Assembly (NCBI GenBank): GCA_036518575.1 | Contig: DATDMX010000364.1 | Span: forward strand, 1 to 24,791 | Reading direction: 5' to 3' | DNA: 24,791 bases | Origin: Geobacteraceae bacterium | GTDB lineage: Bacteria; Desulfobacterota; Desulfuromonadia; Geobacterales; Geobacteraceae | In this document: positions 7,139 through 16,956 of the stretch, in pieces | How positions within the stretch are numbered: the first letter of the stretch is position 1 | Layout: each line of letters begins with the position of its first letter | The notes under the pieces: generated by a model | Seen by the model: the letters and a program-made list of their open reading frames with translations, nothing else | Told to the model about the DNA's origin: nothing | Database searches by the model: none | Translations under genes and position numbers: made by a program

Positions 7139-9496
7139 ATGATCGATGAAATACCGGAAACCCTGGGGCTTCGAACGCTCGAAGACATCAGCGGCATCAT
7201 CCTCCACTCCCACGACCTCCACGAAACCCTCGACAACATTGTCACGCTCGTCGCCCGCCGCATGGGGTCGGACGTCTGCTCCATCTATCTCCTCGAAGAC
7301 GACGGCGAAACCCTGACACTGCAGGCGACAAAAGGCCTCTCCAGGACATCGGTCGGCAAGGTGACCATGAAGACCTCCGAAGGTCTCACCGGCCTCGTCA
7401 TCGAGCAGCGCGGCGTGGTGAACATCGAGAACGCCCCCCTTCATCCCCGTTTCAAATACTTCCGCGAGGCCAAGGAGGAGCGTTTCCACTCCTTCCTCGG
7501 CATTCCTCTCTTCGAGCGCAAGGCCCCCATCGGTGTCATAGTCGTCCAGACCCGCGAAAAACGAACCTTTACCCCGGCCGAGATCAGCACGCTCTCCACC
7601 ATCGCCTACCAAATATCGAGTATCGTGCTGAACGCGAAACTCCTCGACTCCATCAGCAAGAAGGAGGAGGAACGAGCCTGGTTCGAGCGCGAACTGGAAC
7701 GGATGAAAGCCGAAGGTGTCATCCGGGACACGCGCGGAGAACGGACGCGCAGGCGCGGCAAGACCCCGGTCATGCTGGCGGGCACCGCCGGCTCGCCAGG
7801 GTTCGGCTGGGGTAAAGTCTATCTCCTCAACCAGCGGGGAAGCCGGGAAGGCAGCGGCCTGGAACAGGTTCTCCCCCGACCGGAGGAAAGGAAGCGGTTT
7901 CAGATCGCCCTTGAAAAGGCGAAGATACAGACCCTCTACATGGAGAAGCGAGTGGCCGACATCCTCTCCAAGGAGGACGCAGCCATCTTCCACACCCACC
8001 TGATGATCCTGGAGGACCGGGCCTTCATCAACCGGGTCCTCGACGCCATCGACAAGGACTACGGCACTACCCGAGCGGTCCGGGAAACGGTGAACTACTA
8101 CGTGAACGCCTTCAACCGGATGGAGGATCCGTACCTGCGGGAAAGATCGGCGGACATGGAGGATATCGGCCGCCGCATCATCGACTGCCTCGACGGACAC
8201 GAGCGCGGGCGTGGGCGACTCAGGGAAAAGCGCGTCATTGTCGCCGCCGACATTCTCCCCTCGGACATGGCCACCCTTGACCACGAAAAGATTCTCGGCA
8301 TCATCACCGAAAAGGGTGACGTGAACTCCCACGCGGCCATAATGGCCAGGTCGCTCGGCATCCCGGCGGTGCTCGGCATCGACGGACTCATCAAACAGAT
8401 GGCTCTGCGGGACGAAGTGATCATCGACGGCACCTCGGGGCACATCTATATCAACCCCGACGAGAGGGTGAAGGTGGAGTACGAGCGGCTGCAGCGCGAC
8501 TACAGCCAGAAGCAGCGCGCCTGGGAGGAGTTGCGCGCCCTCCCCGCCGCCACGAGCGATGGCGTAAAGATCGCGCTGCGGGCCAACATCGGCCTTGTTT
8601 CCGATATTCGCGTGGCGCTCGCCAACGGTGCCGAGGGGGTCGGGCTTTACCGCACCGAATTCCCCTACATGACGCGCAAGTCCTTTCCCGACCGTTTCGA
8701 ACAGTGTGCCATCTATCGCAAGATTCTCGAAGGGTTCGAAGGGCTGCCGGTGAACATCCGCACGCTCGACATCGGCGGCGACAAGGGATTACCCTACTTC
8801 GCCTACCCCAAGGAGGACAATCCCTTCATGGGGTGGCGCTCCATCCGTGTCTCGCTGGAACGGGAGGACATTTTTCGCGAGCAGCTGGCAGGGGTTCTCA
8901 TGGCATCTCCCCACGGCCGGGCGAGCCTCATGTTCCCCATGGTCTCGGGCATCGAGGAGGTGCGGAAGGTGAAAACCATCCTCGCCGAGGTAAAGGACGA
9001 GCTTACCCGGGCCGGCCATCCCTTCGACCCCTGCATGCGTCTCGGCATCATGGTGGAGATTCCCGCCGCCGTCCAGACTGCCGAGATCCTCGTCCGCGAG
9101 GTGGATTACTTCAGCATCGGCACCAACGATCTCATCCAGTACACACTGGCGGCGGACCGCAACAACCCGAAGGTGAAGAAGTACTACGACCCCTACCACC
9201 CGGCGGTGCTCCACTCCATCCAGCGGGTTGCGGACGTGGCGCGCCGGGCCGGCAAGGGGGTATCCCTGTGCGGCGAGATGGCTGCCGAGCCGATGAACGC
9301 CATTCTCCTCATCGGCATGGGGATCACGGACTTCGGCCTGTCGGCCCCCTACATTCCGGTCATCAAGGAAGCGGTTCGCCGCGTCACCCTGGCGGAGGCG
9401 CAAGAGCTTGCCGCCCGCGCCCTGGCCATGGAGACTAGCGCCGAGGTGAGTGTACTTCTCCTCGAAACAGGCAAGAACCTGGGCATCTACCCCTGA
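7139..9496 (+). CDS. ptsP: Phosphoenolpyruvate-protein phosphotransferase with N-terminal GAF domain (Enzyme I-Ntr)
   Basis: N-terminal GAF (DVCSIYLL...SFLGIPL...IGVIVVQ); phospho-His motif NSHAAIMARSLGIPAV; GVGLYRTEF, IRTLDIGGDK, DYFSIGTNDLIQY and CGEMA. The start at ATG 7139 is chosen by eye. Confidence 0.93.
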   Translation: MIDEIPETLGLRTLEDISGIILHSHDLHETLDNIVTLVARRMGSDVCSIYLLEDDGETLTLQATKGLSRTSVGKVTMKTSEGLTGLVIEQRGVVNIENAPLHPRFKYFREAKEERFHSFLGIPLFERKAPIGVIVVQTREKRTFTPAEISTLSTIAYQISSIVLNAKLLDSISKKEEERAWFERELERMKAEGVIRDTRGERTRRRGKTPVMLAGTAGSPGFGWGKVYLLNQRGSREGSGLEQVLPRPEERKRFQIALEKAKIQTLYMEKRVADILSKEDAAIFHTHLMILEDRAFINRVLDAIDKDYGTTRAVRETVNYYVNAFNRMEDPYLRERSADMEDIGRRIIDCLDGHERGRGRLREKRVIVAADILPSDMATLDHEKILGIITEKGDVNSHAAIMARSLGIPAVLGIDGLIKQMALRDEVIIDGTSGHIYINPDERVKVEYERLQRDYSQKQRAWEELRALPAATSDGVKIALRANIGLVSDIRVALANGAEGVGLYRTEFPYMTRKSFPDRFEQCAIYRKILEGFEGLPVNIRTLDIGGDKGLPYFAYPKEDNPFMGWRSIRVSLEREDIFREQLAGVLMASPHGRASLMFPMVSGIEEVRKVKTILAEVKDELTRAGHPFDPCMRLGIMVEIPAAVQTAEILVREVDYFSIGTNDLIQYTLAADRNNPKVKKYYDPYHPAVLHSIQRVADVARRAGKGVSLCGEMAAEPMNAILLIGMGITDFGLSAPYIPVIKEAVRRVTLAEAQELAARALAMETSAEVSVLLLETGKNLGIYP

Positions 9497-9534
9497 CGCA
9501 CTCAAGGTGCATCCCGGCTGATTCTTGAAACAAC

Positions 9535-9568
9535 AACGCCCCGCCTCCTAAAAGGAAGCGGGGCGTTT
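9535..9568. terminator. Probable bidirectional terminator between ptsP and pyc
   Basis: AACGCCCCGC...GCGGGGCGTT, 10-bp arms; U tracts are short. Confidence 0.7.
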
Positions 9569-9619
9569 CTAGTTGCAGCATCCGGATTTACGCCGCATAT
9601 GGACCTTTAGCTTGTGCCG

Positions 9620-12600
9620 CTAAGCCATGACGATGACGAGGTCCTCCTTCTCGACCTTCTCCCCTTCCTTGAACTTCACCTCGGCGATCGTGCCGTCTTC
9701 CTTCGCCTTGATGTTCGTCTCCATCTTCATGGCTTCGGTGACCAAGAGGACATCGCCCGCCTTGACGCCATCGCCCGCCTTGACGTTGAGCTTGAGCACC
9801 TTGCCCGGCATGGGTGCCCCCACGTGCTTTGCATTCCCCTTATCGGCCTTCTCCCGCGTCACTTCCTCGGTCACCACGGACTGGTCGCGCACGACCACGC
9901 TGCGGGTGTTACCGTTCACCTCGAAGTAGATGTGGCGGGTGCCATCGGGATGGACCTTGCCGATGGCGTTCAACTTTATGATGAGGGTCTTCCCCTCTTC
10001 GATGTCGATGGACGTCTCCTGCCCCGGTTCGAGTCCGTAGAAGAAGATGGGCGTCGGCACGACCGACGTGTCGGAAAACTCCTGACGGTGCTGGTCGAAT
10101 TCAGGGTAGACGTGCGGGTAGAGGATATAGCTCATGAGGCTCTTATCGTCCACGCGGTGTCCCACCTTTGCTTCCACCTTGGCGCGCTCCTGTTCGAAGT
10201 CCACCGGTTCCAGGAGTTCACCGGGTCGGCAGCTTATAGGCTCCTCGCCCTTCAGGATGATGCGCTGGAGTTCCTTGGGGAATCCCTGGTAGGGCTGGCC
10301 GATCATCCCCTTGAAGAACCCGATCACCGACTCGGGAAAGGAGAGCTCGTCTCCCCTCGTATAGACGTCGTCCACATCCAGGTTGTTCTTCACGAGGAAC
10401 ATGGCCATGTCGCCCACCACCTTTGAGGAGGGGGTAACCTTGACGATGTCGCCGAAAAGAACATTCACCTTGTGGTACATCTCCTTGCACTCTTCCCAAC
10501 GATCGATGAGCCCGAGCCCCGCCACCTGCGGCTTGTAGTTGGAGTACTGGCCACCGGGAATCTCGTGATGGTAAACCTCCGCAGTGCCGCTTTTCAGCCC
10601 CGACTCGAAAGGAGTGTAGTAGTCGCGCACCGTCTCCCAGTAGTTCGCCAGTTTCTGCAGCCCCTCTTCGTTCACCATCGGATCCCACTCGCTCCCCTTG
10701 AGGGCAGCCACGAGAGCGTTCAGGTTCGGCTGGGCTGTAAGGCCCGAAAGTGAGGAAAGAGCCGCGTCGACGATATCGACTCCCGCCTGGCAGGCCATGA
10801 GAAGGGTGGCATTGCCGTTAGACGAGGTGTCGTGGGTATGGAGGTGAACCGGGATACCGATGTTTTCCTTAAGGGCCTTGACGAGCTTGTAGGCGGCCAT
10901 GGGTTTAAGGAGCCCGGCCATGTCCTTGATGGCGAGAATGTGTGCCCCCATCTGCTCCAGTTCCTTGGCAAGAGAGACGTAATAGTCGAGGGGATACTTG
11001 TCGCGCTTCGGATTGGTTATATCCCCGGTATAGCAGATGGACGCCTCGCAGATCTTGCCGTTCTTGCGTACCGCCTCCATGGCCACCTTCATCCCGGTGG
11101 TCCAGTTGAGGGAATCGAAGACGCGGAAGATGTCGACCCCGGACTGGGCCGCCTCCTCGACGAAGCGCTGAACCACGTTGTCAGGATAGTTGGTATACCC
11201 CACCGCGTTGGAGCCGCGCAGGAGCATCTGGAAGAGAACGTTGGGAATTGCCTCGGAGAGCTTGTGGAGCCTCTGCCACGGGCATTCCTTCAGGAAGCGC
11301 ATGGAAACGTCGAACGTGGCCCCGCCCCAGCACTCCAGCGAAAAGAGGTCAGCTCCCAGATAGGACGTGGGTTCGGCAATCTTCAGGAGATCGTAGGACC
11401 TCACACGGGTGGCAAGGAGCGACTGGTGGGCGTCACGCATGGTGGTGTCGGTGAGCAGCAGCCTCTTCTGGTCGAGAATCCACTTGGAGAGCCCCTCTGC
11501 CCCCTTCGCCATGAAAATGTCTCTCGTCCCGGAGGGACGCGGCTGGGTGTAATCCACGGCGGGGACGTGCGCCTCCAGGAGGTCGGCTGACTTAAGGGGC
11601 TTGATGATGCCGGGTGAACCGTTGACCACCACATCGCCCAGGAACTTGAGCATCTTGGTCGCGCGGTCCTTCTTCTCGCTGATTTCGAGGAGTTCGGGAT
11701 GTTTCTCGATGAAGGAGGTGTCACATTTTCCGGCGAGGAACACGCCATGCGTGACCACGTTCTCCAGGAAGCCGATGTTGGTCTTCACGCCCCGGACCCG
11801 GAACTCCTGCAGCGAACGGTTCATGATGTGGGCCGCCTCCGGGAAGGTAAGCCCCCAGGCGGTCACCTTCACGAGGAGCGAGTCGTAGTGGGGGGTGATA
11901 TGGGCGCCCGTAAAGGCGTTCCCCGCGTCGAGCCGCACGCCGAAGCCGGCCGAGGAGCGGTAGGTCGTGATGACACCGAAGTCGGGAGCGAAGTTGTTAG
12001 CCGGATCCTCCGTGGTGATGCGGCACTGGATGGCGTAGCCGCGCATGTCGATGGCGGCCTGGGAGGGTATGTTGATGGCCGGGTCGGAAAGCTTCTTCCC
12101 TTCCGCCACGAGGATCTGCGCCTGCACGAGGTTCCGGCCGGTGATCGCCTCGGTGACTGTGTGCTCCACCTGGATGCGGGGGTTCATCTCGATGAAATAG
12201 AAGCTCCCCTCCTCGTCGAGGAGGAACTCGACCGTGCCGGCGTTGCGGTAATTCACCTGGCCGGCAATCTTGAGAGCCGCCGTGCAGAGCTCTTCACGCG
12301 TTTTCTGGGGAAGCGAGAGAGAGGGGGCGAACTCCACCACCTTCTGGTGGCGGCGCTGGATGGAGCAGTCACGCTCGTAGAAGTGGACGAGGTTGCCGTG
12401 GTTGTCGCCCAGCACCTGTACCTCGATATGCTTCGGATTTTCGATATAACGCTCGAGAAAGACCGCCGGGTTGCCGAAAGCGGCCTTGGCTTCACTCCTG
12501 GCGCTCGCTAACCCCTCGACGAGTTCCTTCTTGTTGCGCGCAACCCTCATGCCGCGCCCTCCGCCACCGGCTGCCGCCTTGATGATGATGGGGTAGCCGT

Positions 12601-13066
12601 ATTCCTTGGCGAAAATAAGGGCTTCTTCTTCCTTGTCGATCGGGTCCTCGGTCCCGGGAACCACCGGCACACCGGCGGCTACGGCCGCCTTGCGCCCCGC
12701 AACCTTGTCCCCCAGTGCGCGCTGCATCTCCGCCGTAGGTCCGATGAACACGATACCCGCAGCCTCGCATTTTTCGGCGAACTCGGCGTTTTCTGCCAGG
12801 AATCCATAACCGGGGTGGATCGCGTCCACATCATGGTGCTTGGCCAGGGCGATGATCTCGTCGATACCGAGATAGGCATCGATGGGACTTTTCCCGGCTC
12901 CCACCAGATACGCCTCATCCGCCTTGTAGCGGTGCAGGGAGAGTTTGTCCTCTTCGGAATAGATGGCAACCGTACTGATCCCCAATTCGGTGCAGGCCCG
13001 GAAGATGCGGATTGCTATCTCCCCCCGGTTGGCCGCCATGATCTTCCTGAATCTTCTCTTTTCCAT
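9620..13066 (-). CDS. pyc: Pyruvate carboxylase (single-chain BC-CT-BCCP)
   Basis: ANRGEIAIR, HPGYGFLAEN, RDCSIQRRHQKVVE, TTMRDAHQSL, HLHTHDTS, HEIPGGQYSN, VTPSSKVVGD and the biotin-attachment motif EAMKM; GGAGG RBS 6 nt before ATG 13066. Confidence 0.97.
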   Translation of the reverse strand: MEKRRFRKIMAANRGEIAIRIFRACTELGISTVAIYSEEDKLSLHRYKADEAYLVGAGKSPIDAYLGIDEIIALAKHHDVDAIHPGYGFLAENAEFAEKCEAAGIVFIGPTAEMQRALGDKVAGRKAAVAAGVPVVPGTEDPIDKEEEALIFAKEYGYPIIIKAAAGGGGRGMRVARNKKELVEGLASARSEAKAAFGNPAVFLERYIENPKHIEVQVLGDNHGNLVHFYERDCSIQRRHQKVVEFAPSLSLPQKTREELCTAALKIAGQVNYRNAGTVEFLLDEEGSFYFIEMNPRIQVEHTVTEAITGRNLVQAQILVAEGKKLSDPAINIPSQAAIDMRGYAIQCRITTEDPANNFAPDFGVITTYRSSAGFGVRLDAGNAFTGAHITPHYDSLLVKVTAWGLTFPEAAHIMNRSLQEFRVRGVKTNIGFLENVVTHGVFLAGKCDTSFIEKHPELLEISEKKDRATKMLKFLGDVVVNGSPGIIKPLKSADLLEAHVPAVDYTQPRPSGTRDIFMAKGAEGLSKWILDQKRLLLTDTTMRDAHQSLLATRVRSYDLLKIAEPTSYLGADLFSLECWGGATFDVSMRFLKECPWQRLHKLSEAIPNVLFQMLLRGSNAVGYTNYPDNVVQRFVEEAAQSGVDIFRVFDSLNWTTGMKVAMEAVRKNGKICEASICYTGDITNPKRDKYPLDYYVSLAKELEQMGAHILAIKDMAGLLKPMAAYKLVKALKENIGIPVHLHTHDTSSNGNATLLMACQAGVDIVDAALSSLSGLTAQPNLNALVAALKGSEWDPMVNEEGLQKLANYWETVRDYYTPFESGLKSGTAEVYHHEIPGGQYSNYKPQVAGLGLIDRWEECKEMYHKVNVLFGDIVKVTPSSKVVGDMAMFLVKNNLDVDDVYTRGDELSFPESVIGFFKGMIGQPYQGFPKELQRIILKGEEPISCRPGELLEPVDFEQERAKVEAKVGHRVDDKSLMSYILYPHVYPEFDQHRQEFSDTSVVPTPIFFYGLEPGQETSIDIEEGKTLIIKLNAIGKVHPDGTRHIYFEVNGNTRSVVVRDQSVVTEEVTREKADKGNAKHVGAPMPGKVLKLNVKAGDGVKAGDVLLVTEAMKMETNIKAKEDGTIAEVKFKEGEKVEKEDLVIVMA

Positions 13067-13122
13067 CAACATCCTCCGCAGCAGTTTTTATGCAAAATAA
13101 AACGTTTACAATACCGGTAAAA

Positions 13123-13151
13123 ACTTTAGTTTCACTAAAATTATTTAGCAA
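13123..13151 (-). promoter_or_regulatory. Putative sigma70 promoter of pyc
   Basis: Minus strand TTGCTA-17 nt-TAAAGT. Confidence 0.45.
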
Positions 13152-13274
13152 TTTTGGATAGTTACACACTTTACACAGGTCTGGCCATGAAAACAAATTC
13201 GGTTTTTATTGTCAACCATAAAATCTCGTTATAGGCAGTCCATGCCTGAAGCATTTCTCATACAACATCAGGGT

Positions 13275-13302
13275 TTGCTAAAAAAAGAAATAATGCTATC
13301 AT
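13275..13302 (+). promoter_or_regulatory. Putative sigma70 promoter of the PpiC-type foldase
   Basis: TTGCTA-16 nt-TATCAT with an extended -10 TG. Confidence 0.55.
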
Positions 13303-13404
13303 CCTCTGGTCACTTTATCCGGCCGAAAGCCGGACATTACACATTTGCCCTTGGAGTGCGGTCAGCAGGCCGCCACAGGAAAAAAAGGCAAAAGGAGTGC
13401 AGTA

Positions 13405-14448
13405 ATGAAGCTACTTACACGACACCTCTTCCCCACCACCGCCCTTCTTGCCCTGGCTCTCTCGGCGGGCGTTGCCGCCGGGGGAGAAAAGGACGGAAGT
13501 GCAGCGGCACCAGCGGAGAAGAAAGCCGTCGCCACTAACCCGGTTGCCGCCACGACGTCCCCGAGCGAACCCCTCGCGCGGGTAAACGGCACCGTGATCA
13601 CCAGAGGCGAAGTCGAGCGCACGATCAAGGCCATCCTTACCCAGAACAAGCAGACCCAGCAACTGCCGCCGGAAGCCATGAAGCAGGCAGAGGAAGCCAC
13701 TCTGGAAAACCTCATCTCCGCCGAACTTCTCTATCAGGCCGGATCAAAACTGGAAGTGAAGGACCTGGACAAGCAACTGGAGGCGAAGCTCACCCAGAGC
13801 AAGTCACGCTTTGCGTCTACGGCCGAATACGAAAAGGCGTTGCAGACCGTGGGCCTCTCCGAAAAAGAGCTGACCGAGTTCACTCGCAAGGACATCATCA
13901 TCAACAATCTCGTGCTCAAAGAAATCGCGCCCAAGATCACCATCGCCGATGAGGAAGCGAAAAAATTCTACGACGATAACATCGACCGCTTCAAGCAGCC
14001 TGAAACCGTCAAGGCAAGCCATATCCTGATCGGCGTCGACCCGAAGGCCACCCCGGAAGAAAAGCAAAAGGCCAAGGAGAAAGCCGAAGCCATCCTGAAG
14101 AAGGTCAAGGCGGGTGAGGACTTCGCTGCCCTCGCCAAAAAGGAATCCACCTGCCCGAGCAGTGCCCAGGGAGGGGACCTCGGCTTCTTCGCCAAGGGAC
14201 AGATGGTAGCTCCCTTCGAAAAGGCCGCTTTTGCCCTCAAGCCAGGCGAGATCAGCGATGTGGTGGAAACCCAGTTCGGCTATCACGTCATCAAGGTGAC
14301 GGACAAGAAGAGCGGCGAGGCCGTCAAGTTCGACGATGCCAAGGATAAGATCAAGGATTACCTGAAGGGACAGAAGATTCAGAAGGCTGTGGGCGACTAT
14401 ATCGTTACCCTGAGAGGTAATGCCAAGGTGGAAAAGCTTCTGAAATAG
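13405..14448 (+). CDS. Periplasmic PpiC/parvulin-type peptidyl-prolyl isomerase (SurA/PrsA-like chaperone)
   Basis: AGGAG RBS; signal peptide; [10 protein letters not shown]; parvulin motifs [36 protein letters not shown] and [12 protein letters not shown]. Confidence 0.92.
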   Translation: MKLLTRHLFPTTALLALALSAGVAAGGEKDGSAAAPAEKKAVATNPVAATTSPSEPLARVNGTVITRGEVERTIKAILTQNKQTQQLPPEAMKQAEEATLENLISAELLYQAGSKLEVKDLDKQLEAKLTQSKSRFASTAEYEKALQTVGLSEKELTEFTRKDIIINNLVLKEIAPKITIADEEAKKFYDDNIDRFKQPETVKASHILIGVDPKATPEEKQKAKEKAEAILKKVKAGEDFAALAKKESTCPSSAQGGDLGFFAKGQMVAPFEKAAFALKPGEISDVVETQFGYHVIKVTDKKSGEAVKFDDAKDKIKDYLKGQKIQKAVGDYIVTLRGNAKVEKLLK

Positions 14449-14481
14449 AGATCAGCAGCCGACAGAATGCTCATACCAGAT

Positions 14482-14518
14482 GAAAGGCCGGATGGCAAAG
14501 CCACCGGCCTTTTCTTTT
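14482..14518. terminator. Terminator between the convergent foldase and mobA genes
   Basis: AAAGGCCGG...CCGGCCTTT followed by TCTTTT. Confidence 0.8.
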
Positions 14519-14556
14519 GCCCCCTCCTCAGCCGGTCACCAACAGGAGGGAGACAA

Positions 14557-15168
14557 TTAACAGGAGGTGTGAGGGATCAGTCTGCCATTCGTTGCTGCCC
14601 GCTCGTATTCAGCAGGGGTATTGAGGTTCACGAATGCCGTGCCGTTCGGGTCATGTAGGGAAATTTCATCCACCCCGACATAACGAACCTTCACAGCCGG
14701 ATAGAACATTCGGATTCTGAAATCACGGGCCTTCAGGAGGGTCTTCATGGGGGGAAGACAGCTTTTGCGGTAGACGGCAAAGAGCGGTTCAAGACCGTTC
14801 GCAGTGAGGGGGACGGTGACATCGTTTCCTTCGGACGCCGCGCAAAGATAACGGACAAGGGGGGCGCTGGGAAAGGGGATGTCGCAGGGAGCTACGAAAA
14901 TGCGGTCGGTCGTGGCCCGCTGGATACCGGTAAAGAGCCCTCCCAGGGCGCTCCCGGGGTGGATGTCGGGATAAATAGGCAGATGACAGATGAAACGGTC
15001 ATCACTGTCGCCGACGAGGATCACGGCGTCGAAATTATCCTCCAAAACCCGCAACATGCGCTCGTACAGCGGCACCCCGCCGATTTTCAGAAACGCTTTG
15101 TCCCTTCCCATGCGGCGACTCTTGCCGCCGACGAGGAGCACGCCCGTTATGTCCGCGCAGCCGGTCAT
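14557..15168 (-). CDS. mobA: Molybdenum cofactor guanylyltransferase
   Basis: GVLLVGGKSRRMGRDKA, SALGGL.TG, FVAPCDIPF, EPLFAVY and FVNLNTP; the ATG at 15168 overlaps the fdhE TGA (ATGA). Confidence 0.92.
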   Translation of the reverse strand: MTGCADITGVLLVGGKSRRMGRDKAFLKIGGVPLYERMLRVLEDNFDAVILVGDSDDRFICHLPIYPDIHPGSALGGLFTGIQRATTDRIFVAPCDIPFPSAPLVRYLCAASEGNDVTVPLTANGLEPLFAVYRKSCLPPMKTLLKARDFRIRMFYPAVKVRYVGVDEISLHDPNGTAFVNLNTPAEYERAATNGRLIPHTSC

Positions 15169-16028
15169 GGCCCTCGTCCCCGTCCATAACCGTGAGCCCG
15201 GGCAATGTAGTCCAGGTGGAGTGTCGCAAGGTCCTCGACCGACAGCATTTCCACGGGGGTTGGATCGAAGGCCGCAATGACCTTCAGGTAGCCCTTGCAG
15301 AGTTCGCAGGCATCCAGGCGCATCTCCTCGTGCCGGCCTTCCACATACATGCAGTGCCGGGTGGCGTGGTCCGAGTTGCCGCAGCGCACGCACGCAAGCC
15401 TTTCGAACCGCCAGTCCGCCCCGCACTGGCTGCACCGCAGGTGCCTCGCCTGGCCGTTTCCCCGCAGTTCGCCCATGGTCGCCGCTGCACCGCACACGAA
15501 GCAGAAGCCTCGGTCCCACTGGATTCCTGCCATCAAGGGAGCCAACTGCCGTTGCCAAGCCCGGAGCGCAGGTTTGCAGGCAGTCCGGGCAAGCAGGATG
15601 AGCAACTGGGCATCGAGCCCCAACTCCTGCGCCAGAGACTCTGCAGTGCTATCCTTTCCCGCGGCGGCATGCATGACGAGCGTGGCGGGATCGAGTTTCC
15701 CCTCGGCTATTGCCGTCCTGATTGCCTCCGCGGCGGCAGACTGGCCGGCTACGCCGCTGGCAGCGACACCCCTGGCCAGCCGAAGCATCAGCCCCCGCAC
15801 CGCGTCCCCGTCCAGTTCCAGGTCAAGCCCCGGGAGGAGCGGCACCCTCCGTGCCAGCCTTGCCCGCGCTTCGTCGGGCGTGATCGGCGGGGGCGAAACA
15901 CGAAGGTCGGCATCGCGGACCAGGGGGAGAATCGCCCCGTAGAGCCGGGCAGCCTCCCCCAGCTCAGGATGATCGTGCGTCACCGCGTTGAGGCGATTCA
16001 GAAGCGGATCTGTTATATCTTCCGTCAT
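15165..16028 (-). CDS. fdhE: Formate dehydrogenase maturation protein FdhE
   Basis: Four CxxC motifs (CFVCG, CSQCG..W, CVRCG, CELC..YLK) and C-terminal DLATLHLD; lies within the fdh operon. Confidence 0.9.
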   Translation of the reverse strand: MTEDITDPLLNRLNAVTHDHPELGEAARLYGAILPLVRDADLRVSPPPITPDEARARLARRVPLLPGLDLELDGDAVRGLMLRLARGVAASGVAGQSAAAEAIRTAIAEGKLDPATLVMHAAAGKDSTAESLAQELGLDAQLLILLARTACKPALRAWQRQLAPLMAGIQWDRGFCFVCGAAATMGELRGNGQARHLRCSQCGADWRFERLACVRCGNSDHATRHCMYVEGRHEEMRLDACELCKGYLKVIAAFDPTPVEMLSVEDLATLHLDYIARAHGYGRGRGP

Positions 16029-16053
16029 AAGACCCCGCGAATGGTTGCGGCCG

Positions 16054-16956
16054 TTACACCTGGCCTGCCTGAATGAGGGCGATCCTGAGAAGTGCCCCTC
16101 CGAAAAGAATAAGGACGGCGGGAAGCATTATCGTGGTCATCCCTCCTCCCTCCGTATGGCGGCCCTTCCAGGCCAGCCCGAGCGGCACCAGAATACCGGC
16201 CACTATCGTCCCACCCCAGAACATGAAGCCCCAGAAACCGGTGACGAGGGGCACGGCATACCGTCCGGCAAGAACCAGCGCCGCAGCGATAAGGAGAAGC
16301 TCTGTCACCAGCGCCAGTCTGTCAAAGAACTCCAGCCGCCTGAATACCTCCCCCGCGGCCCTCTTTCGCCATAGCATCAGGAGTGCAATGGCGGCCGCCC
16401 CGGTAGAGGCCCCTGAGGCCACGAAGAGCGGACCGAGGAGCGGGGCGGTGGCGGCCCATAGCGGGCGGGCAGTGACGTTCAGGAGCACCCCCGTGTAGCC
16501 GGCGATGAAGACCCCCGTAACCGAGCCGAGGGCTGCATACGTCTTGCGCGGGATACGGTTGTAGAAACGGGCAAAGGGGGCGAAGCGAAGCCGGCCGTCG
16601 GCCACAAGGTTGTCCAAAAAAGAGAGGAGACAAAGAAGGCCGAAAAGAAGGAGCGCCCATGATCCGACGGAAAGGGGAGACTGGAGGTTAATATAGGGAA
16701 TACCCTCCTTCGGGGAAAAGAAAAGATGCCAGAAGCGCTCGGGGCGTCCGAGATCGGCAATGAGGAAAATGGGGGTTGGCAGCAGGAACGGTAATGCCAC
16801 GAAGAAAGCATCCCGGCTCAACTCATGCAACTTCGCACCACCGAAAAGCTCTGCCATGGCACCGATGAAATAGGCCCCGGCCGCTGTCCCGCCGACGAAG
16901 AAATAGATGGCGACAAAATACCACGCCCATTCCGGCGCCAGTGTTTCAGGGTTCAT
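16054..16956 (-). CDS. NrfD/PsrC-family integral membrane subunit of formate dehydrogenase
   Basis: W...IYFFVGG.AAG, IADLGRPERFWH, SPLSVGSW, YTGVLL..T.RPLW and GG.LLR are NrfD motifs; about 8 TM; GAGGAGGT RBS; the start overlaps the end of fdnH. Confidence 0.88.
   Translation of the reverse strand: MNPETLAPEWAWYFVAIYFFVGGTAAGAYFIGAMAELFGGAKLHELSRDAFFVALPFLLPTPIFLIADLGRPERFWHLFFSPKEGIPYINLQSPLSVGSWALLLFGLLCLLSFLDNLVADGRLRFAPFARFYNRIPRKTYAALGSVTGVFIAGYTGVLLNVTARPLWAATAPLLGPLFVASGASTGAAAIALLMLWRKRAAGEVFRRLEFFDRLALVTELLLIAAALVLAGRYAVPLVTGFWGFMFWGGTIVAGILVPLGLAWKGRHTEGGGMTTIMLPAVLILFGGALLRIALIQAGQV

Noticed and set aside
7118-12511. Other long antisense or alternate-frame ORFs over ptsP and pyc (441, 270, 252 and 244 aa, etc.)
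   Set aside because: These are the same GC-driven shadow effect. They fully overlap well-supported genes and show no domain signatures.
13308-13345. GGTCAC...TCCGGCCGAAAGCCGGAC leader hairpin resembling a c-di-GMP-I/GEMM riboswitch
   Set aside because: It has only a GAAA-capped stem. The conserved GGCAAA/GACGCAAAGC-type core and second stem are missing.
14541-14567. AACAGGAGG direct repeat at the end of mobA (possible target-site duplication or RBS)
   Set aside because: The copies are only 18 bp apart, one overlaps the mobA stop, there is no matching copy at the other end of the operon, and no credible ORF follows.
15169-15558. 130-aa N-terminal extension of MobA in the ORF track
   Set aside because: It overlaps fdhE in another frame; the MobA fold starts at the ATGA-coupled ATG at 15168.
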